Below, one piece after another: positions 43,356-54,321 of a DNA stretch of 64,000 bases. The DNA lies in the NCBI GenBank assembly GCA_963555825.3, contig CAUVXB020000001.1, positions 1,472,001 to 1,536,000 on the forward strand. Reading direction: 5' to 3'. The stretch's first letter is position 1. Every line of letters starts with the position of its first letter. The position numbers and the translations under genes are program-made. The DNA comes from Alphaproteobacteria bacterium. GTDB lineage: Bacteria > Pseudomonadota > Alphaproteobacteria > JAAXGF01. Below the pieces are notes generated by a model. The model did not search any database, was not told the origin of the DNA, and saw nothing but the letters and a program-made list of their open reading frames with translations.

Positions 43356-44669
43356 TCAACCGTCTCCGAACACGCGATCGAAGATCTCGTCGACCCGGGC
43401 CGTGTGATAGGCCGGGTCGAACAGGCCGTCGAGGGCAGACGCGTCGAGCTTGGCCGCCACCTCCGGATCCGCCGCGAGCCGATCGCGAAAACTACCGCCT
43501 TCGTCCCACACCACCATCGCATTGCGCTGCACGGCCGCGTAGGCCGCCTCGCGCGACACGCCCGTCTGAGTCAACGCCAAGAGGACGCGCTGCGAATAGG
43601 CCAGGCCGCCAAGTGCGTCGAGATTGCGCGCCATCGCGTCCGCGTGGACGACCAATTTGTCGATCACGCCGGTCAGCCGCGCCAGCGCGAAGTCGAGCGC
43701 GATCGTCGCGTCGGGCGCCATGACGCGCTCGACCGATGAATGCGAGATGTCGCGCTCGTGCCACAGCGCGATGTTCTCGAGCGCCGGCGTCACCGCAGCG
43801 CGCACGATACGTGCGAGGCCGGTCAGGTTTTCGGTCAGGATCGGGTTGCGCTTGTGCGGCATCGCCGACGATCCCTTCTGACCGGGCGAGAAGTATTCCT
43901 CGGCCTCGCGCACCTCGCTGCGTTGCAAGTGGCGGATTTCGATGGCGAGGCGCTCGATCGAGCCGGCGACGACACCGAGCGTGGCGAAGAACATGGCGTG
44001 GCGGTCGCGCGGGATGACCTGCGTCGAGACTGGCTCGACCGCAAGACCCAGCTTGTCGGCAACATGTGCCTCGACACTCGGGTCGATGTTGGCGAAGGTG
44101 CCGACGGCGCCCGAGATCGCGCAGGTCGCGACGCCGCGCCGCGCCGCCTCGAGCCGTTCGCGGTTGCGCGCGAACTCGGCATAGGCCTGGGCCAGTTTCA
44201 ACCCGAAGGTGGTCGGCTCGGCATGGATGCCGTGGCTGCGGCCAACGCACAGCGTGTCCTTGTGCTCGAAGGCGCGCCGTTTCAACGCCTTGAGGAGCGC
44301 ATCGATGTCATCGAGCAGCAGGCGCGCCGCACGGTCGAGTTGAACCGCGAAACAGGTGTCGAGCACGTCGGACGACGTCATGCCCTGATGGACGAAGCGC
44401 GCCTCGTCGCCGACATGCTCGGCGAGATAGGTCAGGAAGGCGATGACGTCGTGCTTGGTCTCGCGCTCGATTTCCTCGATGCGCGCGACGTCGACGTCGT
44501 CGAGCGCAGGCTGGCCGCGTTGCCAGACGGCCCGCGCGGCCTCGGCTGGCACGACGCCGAGTTCAGCGAGTGCGTCCAAGGCATGCGCCTCGATCTCGAA
44601 CCAGATGCGATATCGCGTTTCGTCCCGCCAGATATCGCTCATCCCGGGACGGCTGTAGCGTGGGATCAT
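43356..44669 (-). CDS. purB: adenylosuccinate lyase
   Basis: MIPRYS, TKHDVIAF, GRSHGIHAEP, GSSAMPHKRNP. Confidence 0.98.
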   Translation of the reverse strand: MIPRYSRPGMSDIWRDETRYRIWFEIEAHALDALAELGVVPAEAARAVWQRGQPALDDVDVARIEEIERETKHDVIAFLTYLAEHVGDEARFVHQGMTSSDVLDTCFAVQLDRAARLLLDDIDALLKALKRRAFEHKDTLCVGRSHGIHAEPTTFGLKLAQAYAEFARNRERLEAARRGVATCAISGAVGTFANIDPSVEAHVADKLGLAVEPVSTQVIPRDRHAMFFATLGVVAGSIERLAIEIRHLQRSEVREAEEYFSPGQKGSSAMPHKRNPILTENLTGLARIVRAAVTPALENIALWHERDISHSSVERVMAPDATIALDFALARLTGVIDKLVVHADAMARNLDALGGLAYSQRVLLALTQTGVSREAAYAAVQRNAMVVWDEGGSFRDRLAADPEVAAKLDASALDGLFDPAYHTARVDEIFDRVFGDG

Positions 44670-44769
44670 TCGGTACTCCCCCATGAAGCGGCAAAACATA
44701 TCACCATTTAACGGGCGAACCCATCGGACAGGGGGCAAAATCCACCGGACCGCGCGATTTTCGCCTCTG

Positions 44770-45378
44770 CTAAACGCTCGTGATCGGGGTGTAGCCGGGC
44801 TGGGCTGCGACGCGCGCGAGCCACGCCCGCAGCGCCGGATAACCCGCCAGGTCGAAGCCGCCCTCGTCGGCGACATGGGTGTAGGCGTAGAGCGCGATGT
44901 CGGCGATCGTGCAGCGCGGGCCGACGAAATAGTCGCGTTCGCGCAAGTGTCTTTCCATGACGCCGAGCGCGGCGTGGCCCTGGGCCCGCTTGTCCTCGAG
45001 CGCCGCGCGTTTGGCGTCGTCGAGCGCGAGGTGCTTCAGCCAGAAGCGCGCCGTGGCGATGTTCGGCTCGTGGCTGTACTGCTCGAAGAACATCCAGCGC
45101 AGCGCCTCGGCTCGGCCACGCCGGTCGTCGGGCAGGAACGGTGTGCCCTCGGCGAGGTAGTACAGGATGGCGTTCGATTCGGGCAGGAAGGAGCCGTCCT
45201 CGAGCTCGAGCACGGGGATGCGGCCGTTGGCGTTCTTGGCCAGGAACGCGGGCGTCCGCGTCTCGCCCTCGACGATGTTGTATTCGATCAGCTCGAAGGA
45301 CGACCCGAGCATCGAGAGCAGCAGGCGCACCTTGTAGCCGTTGCCCGAGTCCGAATAGTCGTGCAGCCGCAGCGTCAC
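44770..45378 (-). CDS. glutathione S-transferase family protein
   Basis: SGNGYKV, NANGRIPVL, ESNAIL, IADIALYAY. Confidence 0.93.
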   Translation of the reverse strand: MTLRLHDYSDSGNGYKVRLLLSMLGSSFELIEYNIVEGETRTPAFLAKNANGRIPVLELEDGSFLPESNAILYYLAEGTPFLPDDRRGRAEALRWMFFEQYSHEPNIATARFWLKHLALDDAKRAALEDKRAQGHAALGVMERHLRERDYFVGPRCTIADIALYAYTHVADEGGFDLAGYPALRAWLARVAAQPGYTPITSV

Positions 45379-45772
45379 GGCGCCCCGCCCGCGTCGGTGA
45401 TCTCAGCCGGCAGGTTGTGCTCGAAGCGCTTGAGACCGTGTATCTCGGGCAGCCATGGCGCCCGGCCGTCCCACAGAAGCTCGTATCCCGGCCTCAGCGC
45501 ATGGGGTTTGTCGAGCGCCCCGAGATAGACGTCGAAGCTGTCGGTATCGGCCCACTCGGAGAACAGCGGCGAGCCACATTGCGGGCAGAAATGCCGCCAG
45601 CCCTCGGGCGAGGACTGGAAATGGTCGGTCTCGCCCTGCTCGATGCTGAAACGCTCGCGCGGGAACACCGCGAAGGCGAGGAACGACGAACCCGAGTTGC
45701 GGCGGCAGGTCTCGCAGTGGCAGAGCCCGACCCGCAGGGGCTCCCCCGCGGCGCGAATGCGCACGGCCCCGT
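45375..45772 (-). pseudogene. GFA/CENP-V family protein lacking its N-terminal CxC motif
   Basis: CHCETCRR and FCPQCGSPL present; expected GGCxCG replaced by ...KPDG. Confidence 0.7.
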
Positions 45773-45818
45773 CCGGCTTAACCAATTCGGGAAGAGTCAG
45801 CCTCATCGCGAATCGGTC

Positions 45819-46244
45819 TTACCCGCCGTCGGGTCGCCCTGTGGTGCGGTCCAGCAGGCCGGGGTGTTTCAGCTTGATGACGATGTCGTCCGGAAGCTTG
45901 CGGCGGTCGAGGACTTTGACCTTGTTCAACTCGAAGGGGAGTGGCACGCGCCCCATCACCCGATCGCCGTAACCGAATTCGACCTCGCCTCGCTCCGGCA
46001 AGGCCACGGGGAAGTAGCCAAGGAGCGCCAAATTGTCGTCGGCGACGTCGGTCCAGGAGCTGGGCAGCATCTTCTTGTCGTCATCGCTGGGGATGATGCG
46101 TACAAAGGGTTCGGCGCCGCGGTGAGGGAAATACGATCCCGTGATCTTTACTTCAACCATCAACTGTGGATACTCTTTCATCTCCACGACCACCTCCCGC
46201 GTGTGCATTTCCAATTCCTTGTGCGGCGTGATTGATGTGAACAT
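45819..46244 (-). CDS. hypothetical protein
   Basis: 141-aa ORF with coding-like composition downstream of the hydrolase. Confidence 0.6.
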   Translation of the reverse strand: MFTSITPHKELEMHTREVVVEMKEYPQLMVEVKITGSYFPHRGAEPFVRIIPSDDDKKMLPSSWTDVADDNLALLGYFPVALPERGEVEFGYGDRVMGRVPLPFELNKVKVLDRRKLPDDIVIKLKHPGLLDRTTGRPDGG

Positions 46245-46261
46245 GGATTTATCCCATCGTT

Positions 46262-47575
46262 CTACTGGGTGAATTCGATGTCGTCGATGGCGATCTCGCC
46301 CTGCGCCTTCACACTAAACTGGAGGCTTAAGGTCACGACGTCGCCTAAGTTTACCTTGTCGACGTTCAAGCACACGATCGTATAGGACTTGAGCGGGATA
46401 CGCACTGTACGCATCGCTGACTTGATGAGGCTGGTGTCGTTTCTGGCGTGAGGGTATGGGATTGCCGCGAAGGCACTGACCCGAATGGCGCGTTCGCTGC
46501 CGGCGGAATCCTTCAGTGCCACGCGCAGGTCCTGGGACTGGTTGACCGGGTTGGCGGCGCTACCGGCCTTCTGTGCAATACGAAAGCTCAGCGTCTCGAA
46601 CGCCGTCAGGTCGCGATCACCCACAGGGATCGTGACGGTGATCATGTCGCCGGTGCCGTTCCATTCCAGTTGCAGGCCCGCACTGTCGTGCGGCGACTTG
46701 GGATCCATCGCATGGAGCGCATTCTCGGTGGGATCGGCTGGCAGACCGGTCTGGGCCACGGTGCCGCCCATGAGCGTGGTCTGCTGCCAGCTCGTCGCGG
46801 TGTGCGGTCCCTCGAAGTCATCGAGCACCTTGACGCTGGTTGCGTCCTTGTACTGGGGATAGATTTCGATGGCGCCGCCCAGGGCCTGGGTGACCGTCTG
46901 TGGCTGCCATTCGCCCTTGAAGATACCCGCCCACTTGGCCTCGGGCTGCAGGTGGAGGCGGAAGAAGGCGTTCATATAGCCTTTGGAGATGTTTTTCTGG
47001 TGGATGGGGTCGAGGGCGTTGAGCTGATCAGAAAGGCTGGCGTCGTAGTTCGTGGTAATGAATCCGTTGTGGGTGGCTCCGTAAACGAAAGCCATCGATT
47101 TCTGGGCGCCTGAAGCCCGGTCATAGAGCGAGAAGCCCGTCTGAAGGACGGTGTAGCCAGATGTCCAGGTGCCGCCGTAGATGTCTCCGTCGAGCGAACC
47201 GTAGAGCACGAAGAATGGCGTGGCATGGCCCCCGCCCAACACCTCCGTGCCATACTGATCGGTCGGCGCCAGGGCGATGACGGCATTGATCTGGTGGCCC
47301 AACGCGTTCTCCTGGTTGAGGCGCGCGGCCTTGACGACAGCCTCGCCGCCCCGGCTGTGCCCCATAATGCCGATATTGTTCTGCACCGTGGCCCCGAAGT
47401 CTGCGTTGAGGATGGTCAGGTGCTCGAACAGAACGTTGGCCCGGCCCAGACCTCTCATGCCGTGCGAGGTCGAGTTATAGCGGCAATCGACGCTGGCGGC
47501 GATGAAGCCGTTGTGGGCGAAATGCTGCAGCAAAAAGTCATAAGTCGTGTAGTCCTGGCCATTGCCGTGCACAAT
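46262..47575 (-). pseudogene. alpha/beta hydrolase with C-terminal beta domain, 5' end removed by IS21
   Basis: VHGNG, GHSRGG nucleophile elbow, GSLDGD, GATHN. Confidence 0.8.
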
Positions 47576-49181
47576 TGTCAATGGCGGAGCAAAAAGGGAC
47601 CACCTCGGCGGTGTAAGAAGGGACCGCTTGGCGGCTGCGGGCTTGTCCCCGTAGTCCACGGGAGGGCCCCGCGCGCGACGCGGCGTGCCCTCAACAGGCT
47701 GACGCGGCGGCGCGCGCGGGAGGGACCTGTGGGCCCACGGGGTCAAGCGTGGGCTGGGTGGTCGGTTCAGTTAGCAGTCGGGGTTTGACGCCTGCGGCTC
47801 TGGTTGAGCCTGTAGCTGTCACCGTTCATCTCGAGGATGTTGACGTGGTGGGTGAGGCGATCGAGGAGCGCGCCGGTGAGGCGCTCGGAGCCGAACACCT
47901 CGGTCCATTCGTCGAAGGGCAGATTGGTGGTGACCAGGGTCGAGCCCCGCTCGTAGCGTTGGCTGAACACCTCGAACAACAGCTCGGCGCCGGTCTTCGA
48001 CAGCGGCACGAAGCCGAGTTCGTCGACGATCAGAAGCTTGTAGGTGGCGAGCTTCTTCTGGAACCTCAGCAGCTGCTTGTCATCGCGGGCCTCGATGAGT
48101 TCGTGGACCAGCGCGGCGGCGGTGATGAAGCCGACCGAGAGGCCCTTCTGGCAGGCCGCCAGGCCGAGACCGAGGGCGATGTGGGTCTTGCCGGTCCCAC
48201 TGTTGCCGAGCGCGATGAGGTTCTCGCGGCGCTCGATGTACTCGCAGCGGGCCAGCTCCAGGACCAGCGCCTTGTTGAGCGAGGGGATGACCTTGAAGTC
48301 GAAGCTGTCGAGGCTCTTGACCACGGGGAAGCGCGCCGCCTTGATGCGCCGCTCGACCATGCGGCGCTCGCGGTCGATCAGCTCGAGCTCGGCGAGTCTC
48401 AACAGGTAGCGGACGTGATCGACGCCTTCCGAGGCGCACTGCCGGGCGATCTTGTCGTACTCGCGCAGGAAGGTCGGCAGCTTCAGCGTCTTGAGGTGGT
48501 GGGCGAGCAGCACTTGCGGTGTGTCGGTCATGCGCCGAGCCCCGACAGCAGGCTCATGTACGACTTGGCGGACGTCATCGCGACCCGGGCGCGCGGCAGA
48601 TACGGATAGACGTCGAGGTTGAGCCTGGGCGGCCGCCGCTCGATGCGGCACAGTACCAGGTGCTTCACCGCATCAAAGCCGATTGCGCCGAGCCGCAGGG
48701 CGTCGCCGACCGCACCCTCGACCTCCTCGAGCCGGAAGGTCTCCAGTAGACGGAGCACCTGGACGTACTCGCGCTTGCCTGCCTTGCCCATACGAGCTTC
48801 GAGGAGCCGCCGCAGAGTGATGAAGGCCTCGGGCAGGTCCCAGCCCGCCAATGGCGCGGCCTGGTCGAGGGCGCCGATCTTCTGCTCGATCAAGGGCAGG
48901 TAATGCAGCGGGTCGAAGATCAGGTCCTCGCTGTCGTAGGACCGGCGGTGCCGGGCGATCACCTCGGCCCCGCAGCTGATCACCACCTCATCGACGTAGC
49001 CCCGGATGAGCACCTCACGGTGGCCGTAGGCCACGGGCACGGAATAGTCGTTGCTGCGGTAACGCACCAGCGACAGCGAACTCGCCCGTCCAGGGCGCTT
49101 ATCGCAGGCATCATAGGGAGCAGGCGGCAATGGCAAGAGAACTTGACGATCCCGCTCGAGACGCTCGCCGATGGTCTCCTT

Positions 49182-50707
49182 ATATGAGGCGTTTGCTGTC
49201 AAGGTGGATTTAATCTACGCGGCACATGATCGTCTCTTCCATTGGTTATGGCTTTGTATCCAGGGCGGGTCTTGCGATGAGTTCCGTGTTTCGTGCGAGT
49301 GATCGCATCACCTTATATCCGGCAGCTCCGATCCGGCTTGCCACAATGCTGTATACATGGACCATCACAGGACGGGGATGGGACTAATCTTGTGGACGGC
49401 ACCTTCGCCAAGGAGACATGCAGTCACACATCCAACCTGCCAACAAGCGTTCCCATCGGGGAATGAAGCCCGTTAGAACGCTGAGCTGATCCGCAGTCCT
49501 ATTTGACGACAGCACCCACCGGGATCAGCCCGGTTTCCAGATACCGCCAAAGCGCGATCGCCAGTTTGCGGGCCAGGGCGACGATCATGACGCGCCTGAT
49601 GCGCCCCTTCTGACCTTGGGTGCGGTCATGGAACCACTGGGTCAGAGCGCTATCGGGTTGATGGCGGACCCAAAGCCATGCGGCTTCGATCATGGCAACC
49701 CGTGCCAGCCGATTGCCCGCCTTGGAGATGCCTTGGCTGCGGCGCCCGTCGCCGCTGTCATAGGCACTGGGCGTGATCCCGATATAGCTTGCCACCTGTC
49801 GGCGATTGGCGAACTGGCGATAATAGACTTCCCGTGCGAGCGTCGTGGATAAGGCCGGGCCGAGGCCCTTTAAGCGCAGCAGCTGGTGACGCTTGCTTTC
49901 CGTGGCCACACACGGTGTCGGCGCTTGATCACGCTCACGCTCGACCTCGACGATCTGCGCTTGGACCTGGGCCAGTCTCGCGATCTCCCGCGCGATCTCG
50001 CGGCCGAGACGGTCCGGCAGGGGTCGGCCGTCTCCGGTGACCAGCGCCGCCGGTGTCAAGGTCTTGTAGCGCGCCTTGACATTGATGCCGCGAATGCCCT
50101 GACCGAATAGCAGACCCTTGATCCGGTTGATGTGGGCGGTTCGCTCGCGGACCAATCGGTCACGTTCCCGATGAGAGCGGCGAAGGTCCTCCTCCGCGAC
50201 GCTCGGAATCACCACCATGGAGCAGACATGACGCTCGCCGCGGCACCAGGCGATCAGCGTATGAAGAATATTCTCGACATCGATGCGGTCGGTCTTCACC
50301 CGCCGCGCCCGGCGGTTGACCCGCAAGCTGGCCGGCTCCATGACCAGACACTCGATGCCGCGCTGCTCGAGGAACCGCGCCAACCAGAAGCCGTCGTAGC
50401 CGGCCTCGTAGCACAGCGTTATCGTCGGCGTTCGACCCGTCACCTTGACCACCCGGTCCCGCGCCGCGTCCAGCTTGGCCATCAGTCCTTCAGCGTCGCC
50501 GCCCTTGATCGGATGCAAGCTCGGATTGCCCCGCCCCGGAGCCTGGATCGCCAAAAGCCAGCTGTTCTTGCTCAACTCCAGTGCCGCATAAATAGCGTGT
50601 TCATTGGAGGTCGATACCGGAAACTGTGCCATCGTGTCGCTCCTTCTGATCGAGGTTGAAATAATCGAAGGAGCTTGAGGCTGCGTCCTTCAGCCTCATA
50701 GCATCTT
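49182..50707 (-). mobile_element. IS110-family, IS1111-group element (recombinase 49499-50632)
   Basis: ALELSK, YEAG, VKTDRID RuvC-like residues and TPSAYDSG; sub-terminal IR TATGAGGC/GCCTCATA; CTT core at both junctions; long 3' non-coding end. Confidence 0.94.
49295..49440 (-). ncRNA. putative bridge/seekRNA with target- and donor-binding loops (transcript limits uncertain)
   Basis: guide-like segments 49410-49417, 49389-49395 (target) and 49346-49350, 49312-49318 (donor), each pair flanking a hairpin. Confidence 0.8.
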
Positions 50708-51713
50708 GTGGCCCCGCAGCCGCGCCGCCTGGCGCCGGCGGCACTGTTCGGCGAGAGCATCGTTGAGGGCCGCGAAGCTCTCGGCACGCGGGACGGGGAC
50801 CAGGAAGTTCCGCCGGATGAAGCCGACCAGTCCCTCGACCTTGCCCTTGTCGTTGCCCTTGCCCGGCCGGCCGAACCTGTCCTCGAACAGATAGTGGGAC
50901 TGAAGCTCCGTGAAGACGCGCGTTCGCTGCCGCTTCCCATCGCCCAGGATCCGGGCAACCGCCAGCTTGGTGTTGTCGTACAGGATGGATCGGGGGACGC
51001 CGCCGAAGAAGGCAAACGCCGCGTTGTGGCCATCGCAGAATGCTTCGGTCGTCTCCGCCGGATAGGCCGCAACAAAGCAACCATCACTGTGGGGAAGGTC
51101 GAAGGCAAGGAAGTGGATCTTCCGTAACGCGCCGCCGATCACCGCCATCGCTTCGCCGAAGTCCGCCTGGGCGTGACCGGGGGAATGGGAGAGTGGCACG
51201 AACACCTCACGCGACCGAAGCCCCTGCTCACGAACGTAGTCCTTCACGATGGTGTAGCCGCCCGTGAAACCGTACTCGTCCCGGAGGCGGTCGAAGATGC
51301 GCTTCGCAGTGTGCCGTTGCTTGCGGTGGCTGGTCCGATCGTCTTCCAAGATCCGATCGATGATTCCCGTGAACGGACCCAGCTTTGGCCGCCTCGGCGG
51401 CGCGCTTCGGCGATACCCTGGCGGCACCGAGAACGACAGCATCTTACGGACCGTCTTGCGGTCTACACCAAACACCCGCGAGGCCTCGCGGGTGCTCATC
51501 CCCTCGACATGACACGCCCGCCGAACCCGTGCGTACAACTCCACCCGATACATCCCCCCCGCCTTCCAGTCAGAGCAACCCTGACAGAAGGCTATACGCG
51601 GTCCCATTTTGGTCCGCCGCAGCCGGATCGACCGGCCGCTTCAGTGGGGGATTATTGCTCTGCCGTTCTCACCATCTGGGGAATCTCGGATTAGCCCGCC
51701 AGGGGCGGCGGTC

Positions 51714-52625
51714 ATGGCGCAAATTCAATCGATCAGTCCCGACACCTCGGCCGACCAGGCGATGGCCATCCTCGATCGTGACGGCGCGGTCATCTACGAG
51801 CGCCTTCTCGACGCTGAGACGATCGAGGTGATCCAGGCCGAGCTCGGCAGCTATCTCGACCGCTCCTATCTCGGCGAGGGCGAGTTCTGGGGGTTCAAGA
51901 CCAAGCGAATCAGTAGCCTGGTGGCGAAGTCGCGGACCTTCGCCGAGCGGGTCGCGCCCAACCCGGTGATCCTCGCGGTCATGGACCAGCTCCTCGGGCC
52001 GCGCTGCGAGCGCTACCAACTCCACGTCACCCAGACCGTCAACATCGGCCCCGGTGAAGGGGAGCAGATCCTGCACCGCGACGACGGCTTGCTGCCCTTC
52101 GTCCATCCCGGCCCCCAGGCACTCTGTAACACCATGTGGTCGCTCACCGACTTCACGGCGGAACTCGGCGCGACGCGGGTGATCGTGGGAAGCCACCAGT
52201 GGGACGACCAGCGCCTGCCCGGCGCGGACGACGAGACCGCCCAGGCGATCATGCCGCGCGGTTCCTGCCTGATCTACGTCGGCTCGGTCTGGCATGGCGG
52301 CGGCGCCAACCGGACAGCGGATCAGTGGCGCACCGGGATGATCTGCGGCTACAGCCTGGGCTGGCTGCGCCAGGAGGAAAACCAGTACCTCGCCGTGCCG
52401 CCGGCGGTTGCCAAGGACCTGCCCGAGCATGTCCAGCACCTGATCGGTTACAAGCTTCACGGCGGCTTCCTCGGCTGGGTCGAGGGACACGACCCCCATA
52501 TCGTCCTCGAAGACCGCTACAGCGACGTCATGCCCGCCTCGCCAGAGGGCGGCGAGGCCACCGCGGAAACCCAGATGCTCAAGACTGCCACACTTGGCGA
52601 TCCCCGCTTCATCACCCTGGGCTGA
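51714..52625 (+). CDS. phytanoyl-CoA dioxygenase family protein
   Basis: LHRDD, GATRVIVGSH, WHGGGAN, GWLRQEENQY. Confidence 0.92.
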   Translation: MAQIQSISPDTSADQAMAILDRDGAVIYERLLDAETIEVIQAELGSYLDRSYLGEGEFWGFKTKRISSLVAKSRTFAERVAPNPVILAVMDQLLGPRCERYQLHVTQTVNIGPGEGEQILHRDDGLLPFVHPGPQALCNTMWSLTDFTAELGATRVIVGSHQWDDQRLPGADDETAQAIMPRGSCLIYVGSVWHGGGANRTADQWRTGMICGYSLGWLRQEENQYLAVPPAVAKDLPEHVQHLIGYKLHGGFLGWVEGHDPHIVLEDRYSDVMPASPEGGEATAETQMLKTATLGDPRFITLG

Positions 52626-52724
52626 GTTCGGTCTCGCGAGGCCGCGACGCCTACGCCGCGCGCTCGGGCGAGATTGACGACCTAGTGCTCGCGGCTGCGC
52701 AGGCGGTGTGGCGTTGCCAGTCGC

Positions 52725-52803
52725 TGAGTCCGTTTCCCGCTCGAAACGAGACATCCGCGACGACGTCGCTTGAGGTCCACTCATGCCCCTTTGCGGTCAT
52801 TCC
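52725..52803. repeat. 2 degenerate palindromic units ~47 bp apart
   Basis: TGAGTCCGTTTCCCGCTCGAAACGAGACATCC; GAGGTCCACTCATGCCCCTTTGCGGTCATTCC. Confidence 0.5.
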
Positions 52804-53263
52804 GTCGTTTGAAAGCCAAGACGCGCATCCATGCCGAGCGGTTGCGTCTGACGCTCGATCACAGTCGCGATGACGATACCGCCGTCGTCTCACCGGTCCC
52901 GACCCATACCGACGTCGCGAGCCGCGCCAGCAGGCACCTTGAAACGGTGACGCGTGAACTGAACGACCGACCCGCACCGGCCTGATCAAGCCCCGCCACG
53001 GCGTGCTCGAAATCTGCGACGTGCCCCGGCCCGCGCGATTGGTCGAAGAGGTCGCCGGTCGGTAACCGCCGCTCAAACGGCGGCCATCGGAATTTCCCCA
53101 TCATTTGTGCGAAATCCCACAGCCGGTGTCTCGGCACGATTGCATCGTGTCCGTGCGGCGACGTTCGCCGAGCCCTGGCACTGCAAAAATTTTGAATTTC
53201 GAGCGGCGCCGGCTCCGATTGCCGCACCGGGATGTTCTTCGTCCCCGATGCCACGCAACCGAG

Positions 53264-53587
53264 ATGCATGAAAGTGAGGCGAAAGTGCAAGAGTTACTGG
53301 GTCATGTGATGTCGCCGCGCTGCCTGTTGATCGCCAACGAGGCGGTCGAACTCGACTATTTGGCGTTGTCCTACCGCGAGCAGGGCCGCTACATCGAAGC
53401 TGAGCAGCTGCTGAAACGCTCGCTCTTGATTCGAAAGCAGGCGCTCGGGCCCGAGCACCCCGATGTTGCCATGAGTCTCGAGAACTATGCCAGCCAGCTT
53501 CGCGAGACCGGGCGCGACGCCAAGGCCACGCGGCTCGAGACCCGCGCCCAGGCGATCCACGCCAAGAACGTCGAGGCGGGCTTGTAG
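53264..53587 (+). pseudogene. tetratricopeptide-repeat protein fragment
   Basis: LALSYREQGRYIEAEQLLKRSL..LGPEHPDVAMSLENYA; no convincing start. Confidence 0.65.
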
Positions 53588-53751
53588 GATAAAGGCCGTT
53601 TGTAACGTTTACCGGTCGTCACGGTGGGGACCGGCCGAGGAGCTCCCGAGACCGAGCAGCTGGTCAAAGCGAGGCAACCGCGAACCCGTGATGTCAGGCT
53701 CGTCGAGGCGAGTCGATCGGCTTTCATCGGTAGCAGACCAGGGAGCTAATC

Positions 53752-54291
53752 ATGCGAAATTCAGCAAAACTATTTGTCGTGGTAATGTTGGTTTTTTTCG
53801 TAGCAGCCTGCTCATCCGGCGTGACACGCGCGCCAGAGATCGGGTTGCAGAGCCCGCAGTTCGATGAGCCGGGAGAAAAGGCTGGAAGCCTGAGCGTCAA
53901 CCTAACGGAAGAAGCGCGAAAAGAGGTCACCGAGAACTTCAAATTTGACCAAGGGCATCTGCATGAGACGATCCGTCGTGCCCTCGAAGTAAACAATCTG
54001 CTCTCGGCGAACCCCGACCCCTCGCTGCCAAGCGTAGTGGTCATGGTGACCTCGGTCCGCGTCAGGTCCAATTTTTCTGCTGTTATGTTCGGCTTCATGG
54101 CGGGGGATGATCACATCGACGGCGACGTGTTGGTTCACGCGGCCAACGGGAGCGAGTTGCAAAGGTTCAGTGTCTCGGCATCCTACGCCCTGGGTGGTTT
54201 GGCGGGCGGTCAGGACAGTGCACGGATGGGCTGGCTCTATGAAAGCTTCGCCGAGCGCATGATGGAAGAGCTGACAGGTAAATCCAAGTAG
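53752..54291 (+). CDS. lipoprotein (DUF4410-like)
   Basis: signal peptide with lipobox VAAC; MFGFMAGDD; GGGAG RBS. Confidence 0.75.
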   Translation: MRNSAKLFVVVMLVFFVAACSSGVTRAPEIGLQSPQFDEPGEKAGSLSVNLTEEARKEVTENFKFDQGHLHETIRRALEVNNLLSANPDPSLPSVVVMVTSVRVRSNFSAVMFGFMAGDDHIDGDVLVHAANGSELQRFSVSASYALGGLAGGQDSARMGWLYESFAERMMEELTGKSK

Positions 54292-54321
54292 CCTATATTT
54301 GCAGTGACGCGGAGACCTGCA

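Larger units (their letters stand above)
47576..51671 (-). mobile_element. IS21 copy 3; istA split by an IS110/IS1111 element; istB 47767-48531
   Basis: matches copy 1 apart from the insertion; no TSD. Confidence 0.95.

Noticed and set aside
42904-43407. ORFs of 131-151 aa between the zeta gene and purB
   Set aside because: Better explained by the nested palindromic elements; low-complexity translations.
46262-47746. IS21-end fusion ORFs (also 9617-10903 and 51609-52625) as real extended proteins
   Set aside because: The N-terminal parts are read-through of non-coding IS21 termini with no supporting RBS.
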